Part shown: positions 42,003 to 53,478 of the stretch, in pieces
Layout of the letters: each line of letters begins with the position of its first letter
Numbering within the stretch: position 1 is the first letter of the stretch
NCBI GenBank assembly: GCA_965205865.1
Contig: CBDBHR010000029.1
Coordinates: forward strand, 704,001 to 768,000
Source: a bacterium
Lineage (GTDB): Bacteria > SAR324 > NAC60-12
Reading direction: 5' to 3'
Length of the DNA: 64,000 bases
Position numbers and translations under genes: made by a program
Notes under the pieces: model-generated
What the model saw: only the letters and a program-made list of their open reading frames with translations
Databases searched by the model: none
What the model was told of the DNA's origin: nothing

Positions 42003-43531
42003 TATGAAAATAAGCGTATTGAAGCTCTCGAAACAGAAAATAAGCAACTTCGGGATCAGTTGGCTCTCAACAGCCAAAACTCAAGTAAACCTCCTTCCAC
42101 CGATCAAAGTCGAAAGAACAAAAGCTTACGTAAAAGCAGGGGTCGCTCTCGCGGAGGTCAACCCGGTCATAGAGGCCATCATTTGGCTTTCAGTGAATCA
42201 CCGGATCAGGTGGAGTCCCATTCTCCCAGCACCTGTGAAACCTGTGGAGAAGATTTATTCCAGGTGGTGGTTGAGGCCAGGCATAAACGCCAAGTGTTTG
42301 ATCTTTCCCCGCTCCAATTAGAGGTCACCGAGCACCAGGTGGAACAAAAAATTTGTCCCTGCTGCCGGCATCTGAATCACTCGAGCTTTCCAGCAGGGAT
42401 AGAGGCACCCACTCAATATGGTCCCCGGATCAAAGGCTTAGCGGTTTATCTCAATCAATATCAGTTTCTGCCCTTTGATCGATGCCAGCAATTCTTTGAG
42501 GATCTGTTCGGCCAGCCGCTCAATGCGGCCACGATTTATGCCAGCCTCCAGCAAGCCGCCCATAGGCTTTATCCCTTCCAACAACAAGTGGCTGAAGCTC
42601 TGATTCAAGCGGAGGTGGTTCATTTTGATGAAACCTCTCTGTTTGAAAACAAACAACGTCGCTGGCTTCATTCAGCCTCTACCGAAGAGCTGACCTTTTA
42701 TTTTATCCACGACAAACGGGGTCAAGCCGGAATGGATGCCGCCGGTATCCTGCCTCAGTTTGAAAAGACAGCCATTCATGATCACTGGGAGAGCTACCAG
42801 CATTATGAGTGTGATCATGGCTTTTGCAATGCGCATCATTTACGTGAACTCACTCGGGCCTATCAACAAGAAAAGGCCTTGTGGGCTCAGGAGATGAGCG
42901 ACTTACTGGTAGAGATCAAAAAGCAAGTAGACCAAGCCAAGTTCAAAGAACAATCTGCTTTGAATCCAGTCCAACTAGATCACTTCCGGCAACGCTATCG
43001 TGATATCACCCAAGAAGCCCTTGAGCTCTATCCTCCCCCTCCTCAAACAAAGAAACGAGGACGCCCCAAACAGAGCAAAGCCAAAAATTTACTCGATCGC
43101 TTGATCCTCTATGAAAAGGAAACCTTGTTATTCATGGATGACTTCCGGGTTCCTTTTGACAACAACCAAGCCGAGCGAGATGTGCGCATGGTTAAACTGA
43201 AACAAAAAATCTCCGGCGGCTTTCGAACGGCTGAAGGATCTCAGGCTTTTTGTATCATCCGGGGAGCCATTTCCACTACCAGAAAACAGGGAAAATCCAT
43301 CCTCGATTTGCTCACTCAGGCTTTGCATCCTCTGGCAACTCCTTTATAATTAAGGTCCCCATAAAGGACCTAAATATACTGTGAACATATGATTTCTTCA
43401 TTTTTTTGTCATCCTGAGGGAACCGAAGGATCTTCTTGATTCCCATGAGATTCTTGCTTAGGCAGCCCCTTTAGCTCGGAATGACAGGAATTTTGAAAAG
43501 TGAAATTTAAACCCGTTCAGAGTATAGTTAC
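42003..43531 (+). mobile_element. IS66-family (ISBst12-type) element, left end lost; transposase ORF 42060-43349
   Basis: NSSKPPSTD, GGQPGH, HFDET, CNAHHLREL, FDNNQAERDVR; right end CCTAAATA[MITE]GTTAC. Confidence 0.9.
43377..43524. mobile_element. 148-bp MITE with TA duplication and internal palindrome
   Basis: TACTGTGAAC...GTTCAGAGTA; removal restores CCTAAATAGTTAC; inverted copy at 48211-48357. Confidence 0.85.
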
Positions 43532-44520
43532 TTTTTTTTTTGAATCCCGCATTTATTTTGCCTTGGGGGGTTGACATTGGGTTGTTGTGCTAGGATCATG
43601 CCATTATTGAGTTGTTTTGGTGACAGAGAAGGTTCCCGATTGATTGAACAATATCGTGAGAGGAATTGAAAACGATTGATCTTCCCCGGGAATCTTTTTT
43701 AATGATATTTAACTAAACGGGTTTTTCAGAGACCTAAATAGTTACGCTCAAATTACAACAATTTCTCGGAAAAATCCACCGCAACAGCAAGAGGACTGAT
43801 GCCTGAAACCGATCAACGTGATGAAGAACAACTGAAAGAGATCCTTGATCAATCCTCGATGAGGAACCGCACGTTGTTTATCGCCTTTCTTTTCCTTCTG
43901 ATCTATATCATGTTTGTCGTGTGGAGCACCACGGACCGGCAATTATTTATTCCTGACAGCACAATCAATCTACCCCTGGTGAATATCTCCTCCTCCCTGT
44001 TCGGCTTCTATTTGATGATCCCCATTATTCTGTGGGCCGTGCATTTCAATTTATTGTTCAATCTCAAGCGTCATCAAATAAAGCTGACCCGTTGGCTCGA
44101 ATACAGTTCTGAGAAGGATGAGATACGGCTTTTGCCCTTTCTTTTCAATTATACCCACATACTTGGCAGCAGTCCGGATTCCCGGTTACTGCGGTTTATC
44201 CTATCGATCCTGATCTATGTGTTGCCTCCAGGGATCTTACTTTGGATTCAAATTCGCTTTTCAGCATATCAAAGCATAGAGATGAGCGGGTTTCATTTTG
44301 TGGTGTTCTGTTTGGATATTGTGATTTTGACTCTTTATTGGGATCAAATTTTTCCTCAAAATCAAAAGAATGAGAATGTAGTCGACCAAATCAGAATACA
44401 GTGGACAAACGATTTCATGAGTTTTCTGATCATTTTGATTGTTTGCGGAAGCGCCTTTAATTTCTGGGGTACCTGTACAATCATTTTTTCTCCACAGTCT
44501 CTGGAGGCATTTTATAAAAA

Positions 44521-46272
44521 CCTAAGTTGAGCGATTCGTAATAAAAAAAGCTCCCAACCTTGGGAAAAATGTGTTATATTTCAGTGGTTAAAATAAAAAA
44601 ATTCACAAAATCTAACACAACCCAACAGGTAGAGAGCTTTATGGGAAAAAATATAACAGTTCAGGATAAAAAGAAACAGATAATTGATGCCATTCAGCCA
44701 ACCGATGAACACTTGACAAGTCGTGCCGGATTGGCCTTGTTTGCCCAGTATCTGCAAAGCATTCGGCTGATGCCGATCATCGAAAGGTTGTTTGGTTCGA
44801 TGCGTAAAAATAAAAAAGGAATTGCTGTCTCTGATTTTTTTGTGCAGATCCTCTGTTTTTTCATGGACGGCAGCAGCCGTCATCTCAGTTGGTTCGATCA
44901 CCTCAAAAGGGGCGAGGGTTATGCCGCCTTGCTGTCATGCAGTGAGCAAGACCTTGCCTCCTCGCATGCCGTGAAAAGATTTTTTGGAAAGTTCTCTTTT
45001 GTACGAGTCTACCTGTTTCGTCATCTGCTGCAGATACTGTTTATCTGGAGACTGAAGAAGACTTGTCCAACGGTGATTGTGTTGGGTCTGGATTCGATGG
45101 TACTTGATAATGATGATGCCCTGAAACGCCATGGTGTCCAGCCGACTTACAAGATGGTCAAAGGATTTCATCCCCTGCAGATGAATTGGGGTCGTTATAT
45201 GGTTGACGCAGTTTTTCGCGGAGGTAGCAAACATTCGAATCACGGGAAAACTGTTCAGAATATGCTGGTTCATATCGTGAAAAGGATTCGCCGCCAATAC
45301 CGAGATGATGTACCAATCATGGTGCGCATGGACACCGGTTTTTTTGACGAAAAAATCTTTGAAACCTGTGAACGACTGAACATCGGTTAGCTGAAGCGGA
45401 GGAAAGTCCTATGCCAATGTGAGGAATGCTGCGGAAGAAGCCACTGACTGGCAGACCTTCACTTCATCGGGCAAGAAGGAGATCTGGCAGTACACCGAGT
45501 TTAAGAGCCAGCAGGGGACATGGAAGAAGGCTCGTCGCACGATCTACAGCCGCTTGATTGAACACGATAGCCAACTCTCTTTGCCGGGTTTGGATCATGA
45601 TGGCGTGATCATTACGAACCTTGGTATGGGAGAGGCCATTGATGGCCAACTCAGCCAAGCCGCTGAAGAAAAGCGCATCGATGCTCATAGCATCCTTGGC
45701 TCGTACCACGGACGGGGAAAGGATGAACTGGCCAACCGGGCGCTGAAAAACTTTGGTCATCAACAACTTCCCTTCAAGGACTTCATTTCCAATACCGCAT
45801 GGTACTATCTGATGCTGCTTGGCAATAACCTCTTCGAATCCTTCAAAGAAGATGTCAGCAAGCCAGTGATTGCGGTAACGATGTATGCTGATACCTTCCG
45901 GCGCCAGTTTCTTGATACGGCAGGCAAACTGCTTCGTCATGCCGGAAAACTGATCTTGAAAATACCAAAAAAGACCTTTGAGCGCTTGCAATTGGACCAA
46001 CTATTTGCCACCTGCCAGCACGCATTGGCGCCAATCTGATCAACGGGTTTCGCTTCAATTAAAAAACAAAAACATTAAAGTTTAAGGGGATAAGTGCGTC
46101 CAAAACATGAGAAATGAAGACCTTCCACATCTGAAAACAGCATTTTGATGCTCATTCTCACTCAAACATCCATGGATTTGATGATCAAAATCTGATTTCA
46201 GAATGATTGCCTTTCTCAGGCAAAAAAATCATCTTGAAAATCTGATCCTTTTTTAGAATCGCTCAATTTGGG
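44521..46272 (+). mobile_element. IS1380-family element (second type), transposase inactivated
   Basis: TIR CCTAAGTTGAGCGATTC / GAATCGCTCAATTTGGG, AAAAA duplication; LTSRAGL, RMDTGF; stop and frameshift at ~45390; an orphan right end also lies at ~25508-25524. Confidence 0.9.
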
Positions 46273-46610
46273 AAAAATTTACCGATTCTTCCAGCAAAGG
46301 TGGTAGAGACTATTTTGAAACCCCACCTTGAATTGCAGGAGGAAGAATTCGTCAAAAAACTACCTAAGAATTGGAGCAATTGCGAGGGAGATATCGACTC
46401 CGTAAAAGGGTACTATCTTCAAAAGAGATCCTTGAATTATGCTAATTTTACCGTTACTGATTTAGCTCAAGTAAACTTCAGAGATTCCAGTTTACAAGGG
46501 GCAATATTTGAGAGAGCTTGCTTACGAAAGGCCAATTTAGCGTTTACAGAATTGCAAGGGGCCAATTTATGGTCGGCGAGATTGCAAGAAGTTCACTTAG
46601 CGAAAGCACA

Positions 46611-46920
46611 AATGCAAGGGGCCGACTTAATGCACGCAGACTTGCAAGGAGCTTACTTATCGGAGGCACAATTGCAAGGGGCCGACTTAATGCACGCAGA
46701 CTTGCAAGGAGCCGACTTATCGAAGGCACAATTGCAAGGGGCCGACTTAATGCACGCAGACTTGCAAGGAGCTTACTTATCGGAGGCACAATTGCAAGGG
46801 GCCGACTTAATGCACGCAGACTTGCAAGGAACCGACTTATCGAAGGCACAATTGCAAGGGGCTTACTTATTGGAGGCCCAGTTTCAAGGAGCTTACTTAT
46901 CGGAGGCACAATTGCAAGGA
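46611..46920 (+). repeat. Coding tandem repeats (30/60-nt period)
   Basis: GCCGACTTAATGCACGCAGACTTGCAAGGA four times at 60-nt spacing. Confidence 0.9.
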
Positions 46921-47229
46921 GCCATTCTAATCAATGTCTACTTAAAAGGGACTGAATTCGAAGATGTTGAAGGGCTCGATAAACTCGTAGTTAAAAACAT
47001 TGATTGGGAAACTGGTGTCGATGAAGAAGCTCTAAGAGAGCTTTATGATGGCGAAGCTTACCAAGATAGAATCTCAGATGCTATTGAGAGAATAAATAGT
47101 GGAAAACCATATCCTCTTGCATGCAATTCCGAAGGTGCCCTCGAAGTTCGGAAAGAATTGGTATTCAGTGGAGATCAATTTATTACTGAGGGTATCTTGA
47201 GACAAGAGTTTGAACGAGATGCATTGAAA

Positions 47230-48559
47230 GATAGTCTCCCTCTCAAGTGTTGGGAGGGGCAATAACGGTTAAAAGTTATTTGACAGTCCAGATATGATTT
47301 GTTAAGCCAGCAGCCATTGCGAGTGTGCGAGGTTGCCATCGCCGTCTTGGATCGTCGAGCACTTTGAGTCGTAAGGTTTTCAGAGAACGCCCCAGGTTAT
47401 AATAGAGGTCTTCCCAAGCAGCGGAAGCCTGGTACATGCGCAGGTCTTTGGAGAAAGCGAGTGTTTTTCTGGCTAAGCGGCTATTAAAATGCCGCATCGT
47501 CAGATGAGTTCGTTCCACATAGGAGGTGCTTTTTCCTAACGTTTGTAAAACAACTTTCTCCTCCCCAAAGACCACTTTAAATCGAGTTCCAATCACCTGT
47601 CCATTTTCACGCTGTTTGATCACTTGCAAATATTGCCAACCCGCTTGCGGTTGTTTGAGCGTGGGAGGACGCCCGATGCCTGCATATTCGGGCACTTTAC
47701 CATAAACGGCCACCATGGCTTCATCAATTCCACCCCATCCGTCAGAAACGGTGGGCGGTGGCGCATCCGGATGGCCTCGTCGTTGAAGCCTTTCAAAGAC
47801 TTCGACGCTGGCATGGGTTTCGGTTTTGCCAATCCCACGAGCCACGCGCAAGCGGGTATCGATCTCAATCATCGTCGATCGCCAGAAGGTTCCGCTTTTT
47901 TCGGTCTCCTGATAATTTTTTTTTCGCCTTTATTCTTGACATAGGACCAGAGGCCATCGAGCTGGCCTCGTTGAATTGAATACTCTTTTAACAAAACCTC
48001 TTCAATCGACTCGGTATGCTCACCGGCAGCTTGAATCCAATCTTGGATGGTATCTACTTTATACCCTTTGCTGCGGGAGAGACTACTAATCCGGTCGCCT
48101 TCGGCCACTTGGGCTAGCGTGTCGATGATGGCTTCTCTGGCGGTGCGACGACGATAGAAGATCGTTCCCTTGGTTTCGGTAAAGGTTTTTCCGCAACTGG
48201 TGCATTGATATACTCTAAACGGGTTTAAATTTCACTTTTCAAAAGAACTGTCATTCCGAGCTAAGGGGGCTGCCTAAGCAAGAATCTCATGGGAATCAAG
48301 AAGATCCTTTGGTTCCCTCAGGATGACAAAAAATGAAGAAATCATCCGTTCACAGTATATCTCTGGCAACCGGCTTTGGTTTTACCAAATTTCGTGATAT
48401 TGGTGCTCTCCTGATCTTTCTGCAGTTTGCCATAATCAGCACACTGCTCGTTAGGACAAAAATCTCCGGGGTTCGCGAATGCTGGCATCTCTTTTCTCCT
48501 CAATAGGTTGAAGAGAAAGAATAAATCATTATCTCTCAACACTCAAGAGGGAGACTATC
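47230..48559 (-). mobile_element. IS1-family-like element (InsA/InsB-like ORFs), InsA interrupted by a MITE
   Basis: TIR GATAGTCTCCCTCTyrAGTGTTG; Zn finger CPNEQC..CTSC; A-run at the ORF overlap (~47915-47923); SDGW, TSYVERTHLTMR. Confidence 0.85.
48211..48357. mobile_element. 147-bp MITE with TA duplication
   Basis: Removal restores InsA GCQRYQCTSC; inverted copy of 43377-43524. Confidence 0.85.
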
Positions 48560-48560
48560 T

Positions 48561-48800
48561 ACTCCTGAAATACGAGGAAAGTGTGATATTGAAAAATCAC
48601 GTGCGAAACAAGTCAGAGACTTCGTCATTGATTTACATTCACAAGCAACAAAGATCGATTTAAAAGACTGCGAACATGGTAAATATTTTCGCTTGGTCTG
48701 TGATGTTTTTCTTGATGGAGAAAATTTATCTGAAATTCTAATCGAACGAGGTTATGCCAGAAAGTATGATGGTGGCAAACGAGAATCCTGGTGTAACTGA
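48561..48800 (+). pseudogene. Thermonuclease (SNase) family C-terminal fragment
   Basis: Manual translation TPEIRGKC..GKYFRLVCDVFLDG..ARKYDGGKRESWCN*; N-terminus replaced by the IS end. Confidence 0.75.
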
Positions 48801-48913
48801 ATAATGACTTGCCATGCGCTGATGATTAATGGGTACGTCGCATTCCCATCCTCCAATTGGCGCATGGCTACTCTAGCGAGAAATCTTGAATGGAAAAAAC
48901 GAACGAATCATTT

Positions 48914-48938
48914 TTTGCAAACTTGCAAGCCTGACCCC
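48914..48938 (-). repeat. Orphan divergent RAYT-element terminus
   Basis: Reverse complement reads GGGGTCAGGCTTGCAAGTTTGCAAA. Confidence 0.8.
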
Positions 48939-50018
48939 ATTTCTGCTGAACATTGTCACTCGGTCCAGGGATGAGTTGGTCATTTCCATCGATGGGCAGT
49001 GGGGTGAAGGGAAAACGACCTTCGTCAAGATGTGGCGGGGATTGTTGGGCGAGCACAATATTCCCAGCATTTACATTGATGCCTTCGCCAACAACTATTC
49101 CGATGACGCGTTCATTGTGATAGCCAGTGCAATCACGGAGTTTGTCGAAAAAAACATCAGCAAAGACAATTGCGAGAAAGTTGCCGAGTTGAAGGAAAAA
49201 ACCAAGCGCGTTGGCATCCAGTTGCTCTCCTGGTCAGCGAGAGTGGGTATCAAGGCCGTAACGCTGGGAATCATCAAGGATACCGACTTAAAGGCACTCG
49301 GTGCCATGAAAGACGAGATTGCGAAAGACGTATCCGGATGGGTCGGGGAACTTATCGAGGAACGTCTCGATGCCCATTCAATAGAGATGGATCTCTTTGA
49401 ATCTTTTCGAGATCTCCTCTCTTCCATTCCTGCAAAACTGGAGGGCTCGGAAGGCAATCCTCTTGTGGTCATCCTGGATGAGTTGGACCGTTGCAAGCCA
49501 ACGTTCGCAGTCGATGCCGTCGAAAAAATCAAGCATTTGTTTTCGGTACAAAACGTCGTCTTCGTGCTTGTGATGAATAGAGTACAGTTGGAGCAGTCCG
49601 TCAAGATTGTCTATGGCCAGGAATTGGATGCCCTTACCTATTTGCAGAAATTCATCAACCTCAAGACAAGAATACCAAAAAGATTGAGTGGCCAGTATTT
49701 AAGTGATGCAAGCAAATACATTTAAAATCAGTTGGGATAATCTCGCATTCGCTTGGGCTAATCGATTTCTTGCTTCATTGTATTCATCTAACATTTCCCG
49801 AGTCTCTCTAGTCATTTCAATGCTCATCCCCCCTTTGTTCTTATCTCTAATTTTTTGCTAATGGTAACCATTTTTTTCGTAAGTGTCAAGCTTTTTCTGC
49901 AAAAAAGTATCCGTAAAATTCAATTTGAAAAAACAGTTGACTTTTGCGTCCAATGGTATAATTTAAGTACTATAAACAACTCAATCAATCTGATAATCCC
50001 ACAAAAAGAAAAAATAAT

Positions 50019-50582
50019 ATGACCAATTCCAATCAACCACGATGTCTTTTTATAACATTTACAGCCGGAATAAATGGAGGAACCGTACATAATTTGATTC
50101 AACAATTACAACAGTTCGACTTAAAAAGAACACCTGAAATTTATTTAGCCATTTCAACAGAAGGAGGCAATATCATATACGGAATGTTACTTTATAATTT
50201 CCTACGTACCTTTGCCGACAAATTAGTCACTCACAATATAGGTAATGTAGATTCTATAGGGAACGCCATATTTCTAGCCGCAAATAAAGAAAAAAGATTT
50301 GCTTATTCCCATGCAAAATTCATGTTTCATGGCGTTACAATCCCGTGGCAAGGAAATATGTCCGAAGCCGATTTAAACTATTCTTTACAAACAGTCAAAA
50401 CCCAACAAGATCGAATCACAAATATTATCACTCAATCTACTACTATCACCAAAAATGAAGCCGATGAATTATTCAAATATCAACAATATAAAACCGCACA
50501 AGAAGCTTTAAAAAAAGGGATTATATATGATATCAAAGAAGCCATCCCCCTTCATGATGATCAACTGGTATTGATAACATAA
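50019..50582 (+). CDS. ClpP-like serine protease
   Basis: ISTEGG, GNVDSIG (putative Ser), FMFHG (His), AQEALKKGII. Confidence 0.85.
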   Translation: MTNSNQPRCLFITFTAGINGGTVHNLIQQLQQFDLKRTPEIYLAISTEGGNIIYGMLLYNFLRTFADKLVTHNIGNVDSIGNAIFLAANKEKRFAYSHAKFMFHGVTIPWQGNMSEADLNYSLQTVKTQQDRITNIITQSTTITKNEADELFKYQQYKTAQEALKKGIIYDIKEAIPLHDDQLVLIT

Positions 50583-50734
50583 CCTGCATCCGGGTTGCCA
50601 CCAATTCCCATCGACATATCCGGGTTGCCACCAATTCCCATCGACATATCCGGGTTGCCACCAATAGACTCCGGTTGATGCTTACCCCAAATAATTTCTG
50701 GTTGATTTATATTACCTGAATTTACTACACCCAT
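50561..50734 (-). CDS. 57-aa peptide with three IGGNPD repeats (below the ORF-track cutoff)
   Basis: Manual translation MGVVNSGNINQPEIIWGKHQPESIGGNPDMSMGIGGNPDMSMGIGGNPDAGYVINTS; SD AAGGAG; 30-bp tandem repeat at 50588-50665. Confidence 0.55.
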   Translation of the reverse strand: MGVVNSGNINQPEIIWGKHQPESIGGNPDMSMGIGGNPDMSMGIGGNPDAGYVINTS

Positions 50735-51346
50735 CTTCTGCTCCTTCTCTTACTGGTTACTATTCTATATAATTCCCTTTAAAAACTCATTTTAATGCAT
50801 GAGTTCGAGATCCAAGGCAATATAAATTCAATTTCCAAGAACATTGGGCTTCTAGCGGTCCATTTGAATCTGAGTTTACGTCAGTTGGAAAAAATATTCG
50901 CGACTTTGGCAGTGTTCTACGTTTCTGTTCCAGAAAACCACTTACAGCAATACTCTGGGGCCGAGTCGATCATTGTCTTTCTGGCAGTCATTAAGGTCGT
51001 CGACCCTCTCTTGTTTGAAAAATGCCTAACAAGTCACGTATCATATGAAGAAGTAAGTGAACGGTTTCGATTCACTTCTCCTAAGTCCAATTGGGAACAG
51101 CGGCAGGAAATTGATATTCTAATAGACTTTGTCAATTACGCTTTTTTGTCGGAACAGCAGTTTAATGCTCTCCCACAAAATCATGAACTGAGGGTATTTG
51201 GCGAACCTTTTAGACACCTTCCAACCCTCTGCCAGTGGCTAGGCTATTTTGTTATCGAGTGAGAAATAAGCATAACCAAACTTATTGACCGTGACGCGGT
51301 AAACTAAGTACGTCAGAAAAGGCGTTAAATTTGCAAACCAACCCCT

Positions 51347-53476
51347 ATGCCAAGCCCATTAAATCAGCACGGAGAAATGATGACACAATCGGATATTATC
51401 CAAACGATACTAAAAGACAGTAACTATCATCTTTCGCTGTTTGAAGGTGAAATTGAATCTTTACGTGACAAAGTTTTTTTCAAAACCATCAGAGGCAAAG
51501 AAACCCCATGCGTAACCTGTATCGTTCGGAATAAGGATATCCAGTTAAAGCCGGAAGAAATCGTGCGCCAGCTTTATGCGGAACGACTTATCAGAAATTA
51601 TCGCTATCCCAAAAAACGTTTGGCTTTTGAATATCCTGTCAATTTCGGCAGGGAAAAGAAAAGCGCCGATATCGTTATCTTGGACAAAGACCGTCCCGAT
51701 ACTTCGTACATAATTGTTGAGCTGAAAAAGCCGAAGCTCAGAGACGGGAAAAATCAACTTCGTTCCTATTGTAACGCCACCGGAGCCCCTATCGGGGTGT
51801 GGACGAATGGTGAGCAAATTTCCTATTACCATCGCAAAGACCCGAACTATTTTGAAGATGTCACCGATATTCCAAATGCAGAACAAAGTCTCCAGGATAT
51901 TCTGAGCGAACGATTTACCCTGAGAGACCTGATAATCAAGGACAAGATCGCGAATGAACGGAAATCCTTGAAAGACATTATTCTGGAGATGGAGGATGAA
52001 GTGTTGGCAAATGCCGGGGTTGACGTATTTGAAGAGGTTTTCAAGCTCATATTCACCAAACTCTATGACGAGTATCAGAGCCAGCAGGACAAAGGGATTC
52101 TCAACTACCTTCTGCAGCAGGTCATCAAAACCGCCGTCCATGAACCAACGTCCGAATATACCAATGCCCCCAGCTATCTTGGCGGCCAGGATTATGAAGC
52201 GCTCAAGGAAGCGGTCAGGGGGGTTAACGACGAAGGGTTTCGAGTTATGGAGTTCAGAAATACTGGTCAAACCGACACTGAACTGAAAAATAAAATTCAG
52301 GACCTGTTCAACCGGGCTAAAGATAAATGGGAAGGAGTGTTCCCGGAAAGTTCAACCTTTGAGCTATCCGACAGCCATCTTTCCGTCTGCGTTTCCAGCT
52401 TGCAAGACGTCAAGCTGTTCAACTCGAATCTGCTGGTGGTGGACGAAGCCTTTGAATACCTGGTCAATAAGTCCGCCAAAGGCGAAAAAGGGCAGTATTT
52501 CACGCCTCGTCATGTAATCGATATGTGCGTGCAAATGCTCAATCCCAAACGGGACGAGTATATGATCGACACCGCATCCGGCAGTTGCGGTTTTCCGGTA
52601 CATACCATTTTCAAGCTCAGCGGACGCCTTTTCACCAATGAAGAAATTTCCGAAGAAGACAAACAGCACGTGCTCAAGGTGTTCGGCATCGACTTCGACG
52701 AAAAAACGGTACGAGTGGCCAGAACCCTGAATCTGATTGCCGGGGACGGGGAAACCAACGTGTTGCACCTGAACACGCTTGATTTCAATCGCTGGAGCGA
52801 CAAAACGGAAAGAGACAGAAAATGGATCAACACCTACGGCAGGGGCTTTGAACGCCTGGAAAAGCTCAGACGTGACAAAGAAGAAAACAAGCAGTTCAAA
52901 TTCGATGTTCTGATGGCGAATCCACCATTTGCCGGAGACATCAAGGAAAGTCGCATCCTGCATCAGTACGAACTCGGTTTTAAAAACGGCAAGGCGCAAA
53001 ACAAGGTGGGACGGGATATTTTGTTCATCGAAAGAAACCTGGATTTTCTCAAGCCCGGAGGGCGCATGGCCATCGTCTTGCCGCAAGGTCGTTTCAACAA
53101 CACTTCGGATCAATACATCCGTGAATTTATCGCGGAGCGCGCCCGACTTCTCGCCGTGGTGGGATTACACGGCAACACCTTCAAACCACATACCGGTACC
53201 AAAACCAGTGTCTTGTTCGTGCAAAAATGGGATGAGGAGCTTTGTCCGAAAGTTGAGGATTATCCCGTCTTTTTTGCCGTGAGCGAAAAAGGTGGTAAGG
53301 ACAATTCAGGCGATTATGTCTATCTCAAAAATGAGAATGGACAGGACAAGCTGGATAAAAACGGTCACCTGATCGTTGACCACGACTTGCATAACCACGA
53401 CGGCGAACTGCCCGACGGTATCGCCGAAGCCTTTATCGATTGGGCAAAGAATGAACAATTGAGCTTTTGGAGATAG
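51347..53476 (+). CDS. Fused restriction endonuclease/N6-adenine methyltransferase (HsdR_N + N6-MTase)
   Basis: PEEIVRQ..ADIVI..ELK, GQYFTPRHV, DTASGSCGF, NPPF. Confidence 0.92.
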   Translation: MPSPLNQHGEMMTQSDIIQTILKDSNYHLSLFEGEIESLRDKVFFKTIRGKETPCVTCIVRNKDIQLKPEEIVRQLYAERLIRNYRYPKKRLAFEYPVNFGREKKSADIVILDKDRPDTSYIIVELKKPKLRDGKNQLRSYCNATGAPIGVWTNGEQISYYHRKDPNYFEDVTDIPNAEQSLQDILSERFTLRDLIIKDKIANERKSLKDIILEMEDEVLANAGVDVFEEVFKLIFTKLYDEYQSQQDKGILNYLLQQVIKTAVHEPTSEYTNAPSYLGGQDYEALKEAVRGVNDEGFRVMEFRNTGQTDTELKNKIQDLFNRAKDKWEGVFPESSTFELSDSHLSVCVSSLQDVKLFNSNLLVVDEAFEYLVNKSAKGEKGQYFTPRHVIDMCVQMLNPKRDEYMIDTASGSCGFPVHTIFKLSGRLFTNEEISEEDKQHVLKVFGIDFDEKTVRVARTLNLIAGDGETNVLHLNTLDFNRWSDKTERDRKWINTYGRGFERLEKLRRDKEENKQFKFDVLMANPPFAGDIKESRILHQYELGFKNGKAQNKVGRDILFIERNLDFLKPGGRMAIVLPQGRFNNTSDQYIREFIAERARLLAVVGLHGNTFKPHTGTKTSVLFVQKWDEELCPKVEDYPVFFAVSEKGGKDNSGDYVYLKNENGQDKLDKNGHLIVDHDLHNHDGELPDGIAEAFIDWAKNEQLSFWR

Positions 53477-53478
53477 AG

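Larger units (their letters stand above)
43799..47265 (+). pseudogene. Membrane protein with pentapeptide repeats, interrupted by IS1380 and 3'-truncated by an IS1-like element
   Basis: Removing 44521-46272 and one AAAAA fuses 43799-44520 in frame with the 46300-47265 ORF (FYKNLPILPAKVVET); AxLxx repeats. Confidence 0.88.
48939..51262 (+). pseudogene. KAP-family P-loop NTPase, N-terminally truncated and split by a ~1.07-kb insert
   Basis: IDGQWGEGKTT, VILDELDRCKP, YLQKFI; probable C-terminal part 50795-51262 (LSLRQLEK). Confidence 0.8.

Noticed and set aside
46611-46920. Regular 30-nt repeats as a CRISPR array
   Set aside because: The intervening units are themselves repeats and the region is in-frame pentapeptide coding sequence
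48886-48938. ORF-track start of the KAP NTPase
   Set aside because: These codons come from the orphan element terminus, not the native N-terminus
50588-50665. 30-bp repeats as a mini-CRISPR
   Set aside because: Head-to-tail tandem repeats with no spacers
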